In this document: piece by piece, positions 23,826 to 33,936 of the stretch
Position numbering within the stretch: position 1 is the first letter of the stretch
Layout of the letters: every line of letters begins with the position of its first letter
From: Macrostomum lignano
Lineage: Eukaryota
Direction: 5' to 3'
Assembly: GCA_002269645.1 (NCBI GenBank)
Contig: NIVC01003254.1
Coordinates: 1-43,923 of the forward strand
Length of the DNA stretch: 43,923 nt
The notes under the pieces: generated by a model
What the model was told of the DNA's origin: nothing
The model's database searches: none
The model's input: the letters and a program-made list of their open reading frames with translations, nothing else
Translations under genes and position numbers: made by a program

Positions 23826-26800
23826 TGTTGTGTTGCTACTCTATGCGTTTGCGTAATTGTGTGTATATTCGATGTACACCTGTTAGCTATCGATCGCATT
23901 ATAACATATGATATATAAGTGAGAGCGCGGTGAGTTTGAGAGCTTAAGAGTTTCGCCTACAAATTTTCAGACTGGCTGACTTTTTCATTATACAACATTG
24001 GCGTCGCAAGCTAAAGCCAGCACCCACCCCAATTAGCCGGGGCTGAAGTCAGTCTGAGTGAAGTGACTGCAAAACACACGCAAGCCAACACAAGTTGCTA
24101 CAACAGCGCCAAACTCCAAAAGTGCAAACAAAAATGGCAAGTGACAATGCCTCAACAGAAGCCCTGCGGATCAGCGTATCGCCGCCCGATCAGTTCCTGC
24201 CGCAGCCAGGGCGACCGACGAGGCCGTGGAAAGAGTGGAAGTCTCTGTTTGACAATTGCCTGCTGGCGGCCGGTTACGACACTCTGCCGGAGGCGAGGAG
24301 GCGTCCGCTGCTGCTGCACTGCCTGGGCGCTGAAGGCCAGTGAGTCTTCACCGCGGTGGCGGCAACGAGGACTCCGGTTCCAACAGGAATCACTGCGAAA
24401 ATCGCGATTCTGGACGAGCAGTTCGGGGTCAAAGTCAACGTGGTAGCCGAGCGCCACAAGTTTCCACAGCGCAGTCAACGTCCGGGTGAAAAGATTGCGG
24501 ACTTGTGGCGGCCCTGTATGCTCTAGCTGGCTCATGTGAGTTCCCCGACATGATGGAAGAAATGATTCGGGACCAGATCGTGGAGAAGGTCAGCGACAGG
24601 CGAATTCGATAGCACCTGCTGATTGAGGACGGTCTGACCCTGCAGAAGGCCATGACTCTGAGCCAGCAGTGGGAGACCAGCATCGCTGAGGCCAGCGTGA
24701 TCGAGATGGGAGGCGCAGCTGCTTCCGGAGCCCAGCTGGGAGAAGAGGTGAAGAAAGTCCGACTGCAACCCGACAGGAAAAACGGAGGTCAGAAGCGATC
24801 AGCGGATCGCGAGCTCTGCTCGAAGTGCGGAGGCGGACACACCAGCCGGACTCGCTGTCCAGCTGAAGGCAAGATGTGCCATGTCTGCGGTCGGGCCGGT
24901 CGCAGGGAGCCAAAGTCGCCGAGATCGTGGACGATAGCGACCACACCGTGTACACAGTGCGCGGTGCTGCCAGCCCTGACATCCGCTGCCGGCTGAAGGC
25001 GCAGGGCACCTGGCTGAATCTGCTCGAGGACTCGGGAGCCAAGGTGTCCATCCTGTCGGAAAGGACCTTCAGAAAGCTCGGAAACCGGGTGCCACTGCAG
25101 CCATCGACCAAGAAGCTCATCGCGTACAACGGCGAGGCGATCGGTGTAATGGGCGAGGCAGTGCTGTCCGTTAACTACCGAGACCTCTACCGAGTTCACT
25201 AAGCTCGATTTGAACTCGTCGTACTTGCAGCTGGAACTGGCGGAAGACCGGCGGGACCTAACAGCCTTCATCACGGAGAAAGGCCTGTACCGGTACAAAC
25301 GCGTCTGCTACGGCCTTAACAGCGCTCCAGCAGCCTTTCAGAAGGTGCTTAGTAAGATTCTCCACGGCTGTTTGAGGACGCTGCACTACGTTGATGATAC
25401 CGTGGTGCACGCTGCCAACGAGACGGAACACCGGCGGCGGCTCACGGCAGTGCTGGACCGACTGCTCACCCATGGCGTTACGCTCAACACCGCTAAGTGC
25501 CAGTAGGCTACAGAGTCCGTGCAGTTTCTGGGCTACATCGTCTCGGCTAGAGGCCTTCAGCCGATGCAGTCCAATGTGGAAGCCATCGAAGCGGTGCCAG
25601 AGCCTCAGAACACCAAGGCGGTGGCCTCATTTCTCGGAATGGTAAAGTTTACTCGAACTTCCTACACAACCTATCCGACATCGCCTAGCCGCTGCTGCAG
25701 CTACTTTGCAAGGACCAGCCTTGGAAATGGACAGCGGACTGTCAGAGGGCCTTGTGGAGGCTTAAGAAGATGGTAGTGTCTCCAACGTGCCTGCGATTCT
25801 TCTGTCCCGACGACAAGATAATCGTGGCCTGCGGCAGCTCTGCGCACGCTCTGGGTGCCGTGTTAATGCAAGCGTTCGCAAGCCAGTCGCTTTCGCGTCG
25901 AGGACTCTGTCGGCGACCAAGTGCAAGTACTCCGCGTCAGAAAGAGAAGCGCTCGCATGCATCTTCGCCTGCGAGCGTTGGCACTACTTCCTGTTCGGCG
26001 GCAGATTCGAACTGTACACCGACCACCAGGCTCTGACGACGCTGCTGACGGCTCAGGGCTGCCACTGACCTTTGCGGCTGCACCGATAGGCCGACCGCCT
26101 GCTCGCGTACGACTTCCAAGTGTGCCACGTTCCCGGTAAGAAAAACGTCGTGCCCGACTTTTTGTCACGCCATGGCGCTTTCGGAGAAGATTGCGCTGAA
26201 GATCCGAACGAGCACCAGGTGAATGCCGTATTGTTATCGGGCGCGCTGGAGTTTGTCAGCGCAAGCGAGCTGGCCGAGGCATCCCTGCAGGACCCGGTAA
26301 TAAGCGAAGTGATAACCCTGACGCTCCAGGGGTGGCCGAGCTCCATCAGCATCTGCGGCCGGAGCTGCAGCCGTACTGGAGGATCTGAACGCAGTTGACG
26401 GCCTGGAATGACGGCAAGTGCCTGGCAACGGCACTCGAGCGGTGATCCCCGCATCCCTGAGGGAGATGACGCTAAAGCTGGCGCACTTCGGGCACCTCGG
26501 CGTGAGCAGAATGAAGCAGCACTGTCGGGACGCCGTCTGGTGGCCGCAAATCGACCAGCAAATTGAGGAGTTCGTGCGGCACTGCGAAGCCTGTCTGCTA
26601 AGCGAGAAGAATTTCAAGCCATCCAAGACGGTTCTGACCCCGACGAAGTGGCCGACGCGTCCATGGGAGGAGCTTCAGCTAGACATCTTTGGGGAGCTGC
26701 ACTCGGCTCCGAACTCCTGCCGCTTCATCCTGGTGCTGTACGACTTGCACTCAAAGTGGCCGGAGGCTGCCTGCATGTCAACCATCACAAGCGCTGATGT

Positions 26801-29800
26801 CATCAACGCCTTGACAACGTGGTGCCGAAGAGTATCAACACAGATGGAGGCCCTCAGTTCGTGTCCGGTGATTTCGAGGATTTTCTCCGGCGCTGTGGCA
26901 TCCAGCATCGGCAGTCGCCGCACTACCACCCTCAGGGCAACGCGGCGGTGGAGCGTTTCAACCGGTTTCTCAAGGACGGCCTTAAGACGCACGTGGAGGA
27001 GGGCTACGGCTTCAAGGACGCGGTGAAGGCACTGCTATGGTCGTACAGAGCCACCCCGCATGCATTGACTGGAATTTCCGGCAGAGCTGATGACAGGCCA
27101 GAAGATCAGCACTCCCCAAGGACGGCAGCGCGGCACAGACTAGCGGCCGGCATCAAGCGGAAACAGCAGCGAGTTTTAAACCAGCTCAACTCGACCAGGA
27201 AACTCCCGCCGACTTTCATGGTTGGCGACTGGGTTGCGGTTGAAGCGGCCGTTCACCCGCGGCAAGCTAAGCAGCCGCCTGTCCGAGCCTCGTGAGATCT
27301 CCCTGATCGCGAGCGCCACCACCGTCATCCTCAATGATGGCTCCCACTGGCACGTCGAAAATTGCGTTCGAGTGCCGCGGCCTGCCGGAGCGCTGCCCGC
27401 GACGGCTTCGAGCACAGCTGCGACTCCGGCAGTGGCGGCGGCGGAGGCGGCAAAGCCAGCGCGGCCGCAGCAGACAGCCCAGACTGCGGTTCGAGTGAGC
27501 ACGAGGACGCGAGCGCCTCCACAGTGGTACGGGGAAATTGTGACGCACTAACTGATTTATTAGTGACTGTTAACTGACATTCTCACGAACGCTGCGTATT
27601 TGAAGCCAAATTAGTTGTTCTCAGATTAATATTGCGATTTAATGCTCAGCGAAATACTCTGTGCGATGATCTGCTTTTATTCCTTCGAGGCTCAGTCATG
27701 CACTTTTATTCCTTGTTCAATATTTCGACGATTTCGGTTTTCGTTATTCCGCTCATTGGAAGGGAAGGTGAACTTTGTATTGGTACTCTATGCATGTGCG
27801 TAATTGTGTGTGATATAACCACCCTTGTCGTCTGTCCGCTCCGCTGGGAGACGAACGCATGACCAGAGGGGGCAATGACCGTAGGCTGCCTTTGACCGGG
27901 CAATTACCTGACGGACCTCCAGCACCAGACGCTTTCGTGACCAGAGGGCCAAGGACCCACATGGACCCCACCTGTAGCCAAGGTGCAATAGTTGGTCACT
28001 CGGTCACAGCATGACCGAGTGGCTGCCACCACTCTATGTGACCTGGCGCACCTAAATCTTACTACCAGACCTCTCGAGGCTAGAGCCCCGCCTGGATTGG
28101 TTACCAGGGGATTTAGGCTAACAGGGGAGACACATGCATCCGAGTACAGGGACTCTGCTTGGGGCATGATCGGGAACTCTGGGCTCAATCTAGAGGATTT
28201 CTCAGCAGGGGATCCTTTGTGGCTGTGAGCGAGGCTGACTTGCGGCTTTAATTACTAAGAGTAGTGTGAGGCGAACATGTACTGTCTTTAGTTTAGATTG
28301 CTCAGGGCGAAGGGACGCATCAGCATGGGGTTGCAACCTTCCTACCGCCATTCTGTGCCAAGACTGGCTAATCTCCCACACTCGGACCTGCAGCACGCGC
28401 ACACAGGCGGGCTTTGCACGGGGAGAGGCCATTAGCTTACCCAAACTTCCTTATGCTTCGCCACCCCGGGAGAAAGGCGAAGCAAGCCATGAATGAAATG
28501 ATGGTGAACGAGTGAATAATGAGGAGTTTACTAGTAGTTATTAATTAGACCTTAGGAAAATAATCAGGCAGTTACGCGGCTTCACTATTGAATAAATACA
28601 TGTACAGCAAATAATACGCTGTCACTATTGGCTCAGCTCTCTAGTTAAGCAATGGAAAATAGGCAAACCCCGGACAAGCAAGGCTATTAGAGCACAAATT
28701 AGTAACAGAAACTTACCGGAAGCTGCACAGAGAGAGAGACAGCGACGGAGTGACCATGGGCGGCTGTTGGCTATACACAGGCAGACTGTGAAGCGGCGAT
28801 GCGCTGAAGCGACGGGGCGCTGATGTAGCTCAGGCGGTGCTGAAGATGCTGGGCGGTAACAGACCGCTGGCCGGCAGATGAGCTCACTTGGGGAGCTAAA
28901 GGGCTTGGCGGTAACAGACCGCGGACCGGCAGAGGTTCGTCCTATAGACGAATGGGTCAGAGCAGCGTCTGACAGCAAGTGCAAAGATGGGACCAGACGA
29001 AGACCTTTCAGGATTTTATGCCGAAAACCGTTTCCTTATATAGCCTTCCCAGCCGCCGCTCTAAGGTCGTTTCCATGACTCCCTCTCTCTGATTGGCTGC
29101 CGGCAGAATGACGTCAGAATGAGTCATGATGAGAAGCATTAGAACGGCATAGCAACATGAGAAATGGGAAAATTGTGCAATCCGGAGGTGGGGTGGGAGG
29201 ATAATTGGCGCGGCGGGAGGTCGCAAAAGTGTTGCGCAAGCAAACATTGAGAACAATGGGGCTTGGGTCGAGAAAAAAGGAAATGAAGATCGGGGATAAT
29301 TGGGGAGAATCGAGAACAATAGAAAAGTAAACATTGGAGAAAAGGTGCTAATTGGGTGCGAAAACGAGAACAAAAGAAAGAGAAAATCGGAGAAAATGTG
29401 ATAATTGGTGGGAGTCGAGAGAACAAAAGAAGCAAAAACGAGAACAATAGAAGCGGAGGCGAGGTGGGTGTCGCATGAGAAATTGGGGAGGAGATTAATA
29501 GCATGATAAAAGGTTGCGCAAGAGGGGTGGTGAGTCATTGATGAGTCATCGAGGGGAAGGAGGGGTCACGAGGCTTTCGTCACCGTTTGGGAGTTTAATA
29601 AGGGATGGGGTGACGGTGAGCGCATAAAGTACTGTAAGTAGACACCGAAAAAGGGGGGACAGCGCATGCACAGTGCACAAAGAGACAAAAAGACGGGAAT
29701 CGGGAAAGGTACATAATGAATAGGGTAGAGTGCATAGGAGATGGGGGAGCGGGTGAGGAACAGAGAGAGACAGGGGCTCCGGAAAGGCATGTGTGGCGGA

Positions 29801-30107
29801 GTGGGAGACGGAGCCGAGGCAGCAGGGGGTGCAGCAGAGCGGGAGTCTGCAGGCCTGGTCAAAGACCTGGCCCAGTCTCGACGGCTCTACTCAGGAGGTG
29901 CACAGAGATCGGAGGTACTTTTGAAAAATTTCCCCTGCCGTATCGCGCGACCAGAGCGTGGTTACATCAAGTGTACATTTGATGTACACCTGTTAGCTAT
30001 CGATCACATTACAATATATGATATATAAGTGAGAGCGCGGTGAGTTTGAGAGCTTGAGAGTTTCGCCTACAAGCTTGCAGACTGGCTGACTTATTCATTA
30101 TACAACA
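23826..30107 (+). mobile_element. Ty3/Gypsy LTR retrotransposon (probably Mag-like), pseudogenised, 5-bp TSD GCGCC
   Basis: 5' LTR 23826..23997 (TGTTG..CAACA); PBS-like TGGCGTCGC at 23999; TSD 23821..23825 and 30108..30112. gag from ATG 24134 with CSKC..H..C and CHVC knuckles; protease DSG; RT YVDD; RNase H YSASEREAL..YTDHQAL; integrase H..H..CEAC, DIFG, TDGGPQF, VERFNR; stop 27551; purine tract near 27758; 3' LTR about 27776..27810 + 29974..30107. Many stops and frameshifts. Confidence 0.95.
27811..29969. mobile_element. 2.16-kb insertion inside the Gypsy 3' LTR, probable solo LTR of another family
   Basis: Ends TGATATAACC / GGTTACATCA (9/10 inverted match); flanks TGTG / AGTG (4-bp TSD, 1 mismatch); removing it restores colinearity with the 5' LTR; contains CCAAT, TGACGTCA and TGAGTCA motifs. 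Confidence 0.8.
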
Positions 30108-31200
30108 GCGCCTCTACCAGCTGCAGCGCAGCATCTGTCGCTGCTGGGCGCTATCTGAAAATCATCTCCTTTTCATTTGTTTATTTGGGCGGAGACCATG
30201 AAAGCTGGTTCCTGACTTTTCTTGCGATGAAACGATGAACAATACATCTTCTGTTTTCACTCCAATGAAAACTTTAATCCTGCATATGGATTAAAGCCAA
30301 TAACAAGCAACTTGGATTTCTCCCGTCGCGACCCTATCAACGTCCACATCAAGCGTTGTGGATAACAGTCTTCCTTTCTCAACATCAGGAGGAGCTTCCA
30401 GACCGCCATCCCTAGTCGAGACGGCACCCCTATGGATGTCGGTGTGAACTGGCGCAGCCACGGTATGCACTGCTTCAATGACGACTCACTGTATAACGGC
30501 CGAGTATGTTTCATGTAGGTAAAACGCTTGTTCAGGAAATTCTGCACCTGAACGAGAACACCTCGGTTTTCCAGGCCGAAATATGCGTCAGTGAGCACAT
30601 TGGAGCAGCAATGAAGCAGCACCTGCTGCAGGAAAACATCTGAAATTTAAATATTTGTAGCTACACTAATGGCCAAGCCGCTATCAAAGCCTCAACTAAA
30701 TTTCCAATGAAACTGTATCTCAATGCTGCCGCAGATCATCTTGAAATAGCAGTATCCTCTCGGATTCTCGCCCAAAAACTTTAGCAACCCAGACGCTAAC
30801 AACCATCTAGTGAGGTTACTCTTGCCTGAGTCACAAGTCACCCGCCATGTTAACAGGTGGCTCCACCAGCAACACCACCTCCACTGGCACAGTTGCAACA
30901 ACTACAGACAGAGCCGCTGTGCAATGTCTAACCTGAACAGGAAAGCTTCTGGTTATCTGATCTCACTTAGCAATACCAACCTCAGGGAGATGTTAATAGT
31001 CCTAACCGGCCATGGATTATTCTAGAGACATACATGTCTCTGGTTGCCCAACCACCTGTCTTTTCTGTAACATGGAAGAAGAGATCGTGGAGACTTCACG
31101 TCACCTGTCCTTACTTCAATATGGCGCGGCACAAACATCTCAGCCACACAATCGGATGGACGATCTGACCGATCTGGGTAAAACCTTGCGGCCGAAACGC
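30108..31200 (+). mobile_element. Degenerate LOA/R1-type LINE, right part (RT tail, RNase H, CCHC finger)
   Basis: (ALER)LYQLQRSIC across the insertion site; SVFQAEI and NGQAAIKA (RNase H); LTGH..CLFCNMEEEIVETSRHL. Confidence 0.78.
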
Positions 31201-31488
31201 TAGTAGTAAGTGAGTTATTAAGGGAACAAAGTTGTGTACTGAAATATCCGATACCTAAGTAGCGGGTGCAGAAAGTCCAAGAACAAGGATTCGTCAGTCA
31301 AAAATAACCATTGGCCTGAATAAAAGAAAAAGGCAGTAAAGATTCAAGAATTATATTTGAGTGAATTAGTTGCCCTTTTTTCCCAAGAATCATCCAAGTC
31401 AAAAAATGGTTAGTTTATTGAAGCTCGTTATTGTCGGAATGAGATATTGGAGTTTGTTCAATGCAGGTCGTTGGAGAGTGTCTCGCAT

Positions 31489-33684
31489 TCATTGGTGATA
31501 CATCGGCGGAGGGAACCTCTGGGGCATTGGAGCTAGGGGCGGCGGCGGAGCCGTGGGAAGAGGCATCGGCTGTGCCAGCGGCATCGGCGGCGGCATCGGC
31601 GGTGGCATCGGCGGCGGCATCGGCGGCCGCATCGGCGGCGGCATCGGTGGCCGCATCGGCGGCGGCATTGGTTGAGCGTAGCCTCCTCCAAGACCTGCCG
31701 GTTGTTGCTGTTGCCCGCCATAACGCGGCGCTTTCTAGTATGACGAAAAATGTTGAAAAATGGTTTTAAGATTCATTTTTTATAGGCTCCTACCTGCCGA
31801 TCAGATAAATTATATGCATTATCGAGTTAGTATACATCAAGTGCAATGAATGTCCTAATCTTCTATAAAGTTTAACTCACCCCTTGTCGTATGGTTGGTG
31901 CACCTGAAACTTGGAGGGGAGTTAGAGAGTCGGACTCACGACTTGAAGGTCGGGGGTTCGATTTCCGATCCCACTGCAACAATTTGTATCCCTGAGCAAG
32001 ACACTTAACTCTGCATTGCTTCAGTTCACCCAGCTGTAAAATGGGTACCAGCATTAGCTGGGGTAATTGAGAGTGTGTGTGGTGACCCCCCAGTCCTTGG
32101 ACTGAACAGCCGTACGCAGCCTTCAGATGCGCCGCGCAATAGCTGCGGCTGAGCTGTCGGTTGCACATCTGCCCATTGGGCAGGTGTAATCAATTATTTT
32201 TAATATTATTATTATTTAATACAATTCACTTCCATGGGGGTCAACTCTCAAGGCACAGAGAGGGTAGATTGCTGTGCACCCTGGGAGAGACCTCGCAGTG
32301 CATGAGCTCGTACCGTATATACAGTTTTGGCGAGCTTGTATGTGCTTAGGAGTCAGCAAAGTAGGCCGAGTTGCCACAGGGCAGGTTAATTGTTTTTATA
32401 GAATTTATTTTTAAGCGTTGCATAAAATCAGGTTAGGAATAAGATCGACACAATTTCGAAATGCAACCTAGAAAACAGACGCATGTATATGTCTAAGCTG
32501 TAACTACGATTATTTTATAAACAAAATGTTTCTGACCAACTTACCGGTTTCCTATTGCGGCAACCATGGCAGATGCAGAATATCACCAGGCCAATTAGAA
32601 CGACGCCAGTAACTGAGCTGACACAGATGATGGCTATCATGGATTTTGATAAGCCGGACTTTTCGTCCGAATCTTTCGGAGACGGCTTGCGTTTGTCTCC
32701 GGACGAGTATTCGTCATGTGTGCAGCATCTCTGGCTGCCGCCAGGGCCGCAGCAGTAGGACTTCGCAGACGGCCTGGCAACCAATTCAGCATAGGAGTTC
32801 GCTTTGCTGCCGTCGTCGGATTCCGGGCAGACGAACTTGTCGTAGGTCCTCGTTCCCGATGCTCGAGAAGCGAAGCACACAGTGATGTCGCCAACTACTA
32901 AGCCCCTTCGGAAATCGAAGAAGCCACTGCGGCTGACATTGCGTTGTCCAAAAAGGTACATTAAACTATTGGGGACGTATACCGAGTCCAACTGAAAGTC
33001 AATTGCTTTGGCACGTACTCCACTGAAAAATCGATTAAATACTCATTATTATGCTGAAGTTGAATATAGAAGTTCTTTAATTTAAATTTAAAAGTGGGGC
33101 TAGTCGTGCAATAGAATCATTACCCATTGTATCCATCGCCAAAACTTCGGAGAAGCTTAAGATTATTGAGAGCGTCTGAAAAAAATTAGAAGTTTTCAGC
33201 GGTATAATTGTATTTTTATAGTATAGTTAAAGTTTTAGTATATTTGACTAGCAATCTAGTGCCCCCTTCGGGGCGCCCAATAAGCGAGGTGCAAATAATA
33301 ATAATATTAATTGCATTCGCTTGCCGCAAAACATCGTTTTACAACCAACAGTGAGGCAATCTGCCCATTTTTGACTCCTGAGCGCAAAAAGGGTGTGAAT
33401 ACTGTACGCACTCGCACGCACTCGCACGCGCTCACACAAGATGTACAGTGACCAGGACCTTGGGATTCGAGAGTGAGCCACAAAAACTAACCAGAAGTCA
33501 AGTGTCAGACGTAATAAGATGGTAGTCTCGACGCGTACGTATGTGTGATAGCGCTTCAACAACCCAATTCATGCATTAGTAAGCCATGGCACTTACGTAT
33601 AGTGTTGATTGGTAGTAGGAATCCAATAGAAATTAAACAAAGTAGGTTTGATAGACTGCTTGAAATGAAATATTGCAACGTCAT
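31489..33684 (-). CDS. Shisa-like single-pass protein S3, about 279 aa, 4 exons
   Basis: complement(join(33597..33684, 33350..33377, 32545..33022, 31489..31734)). VCF..KFVCPESDDG..KSYCCGPGGSQRCC; TM MIAIICVSSVTGVVLIGLVIFCIC; tail (PMPP)n ending PPPMYHQ. The 28-nt exon has a weaker GTTGGT donor and is the least certain part. Confidence 0.82.
31917..32215 (+). mobile_element. SINE family 1 copy in S3 intron 3 (A box clipped)
   Basis: B box GGTTCGATTTCC, core, body and (ATT)n tail match the other copies. Confidence 0.9.
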
Positions 33685-33936
33685 TTTTTATTAAGATAAG
33701 TATGTAGTTGTCTGTTAATGTATTCAACGTTTTTACAGTTAGTGATTGATGCCTTGAAAGCCACTATATATTCCACATGAAGTATGCGAATAAATTAAGA
33801 AAGATGAATGCCATAGATAAACCATGGTAGCCACAAAGTCAACAAAAAGAGAAATACGAAGTACAAAAGCTTACTTAGTTCTGAAGAAAATTGATTTAGA
33901 AAAAATCTGCAACGAGTTAACGAATTCATCATAAAG
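33685..33936. promoter_or_regulatory. Candidate bidirectional promoter / shared 5' region between S3 and S4
   Basis: Predicted ATGs at 33684 (-) and 33937 (+) are separated by 252 nt. Confidence 0.45.

Noticed and set aside
27530-27560. PPT and 3' LTR start at GGGGAAAT|TGTGAC
   Set aside because: Homology to the 5' LTR starts only near 27776, after another purine tract; 27552..27775 is better read as 3' UTR.
3605-32168. Apparent protein family MCNRQLSRS.CAAHLKA (ORFs at 3605, 11267, 31872)
   Set aside because: Antisense readings of SINE family 1 copies.
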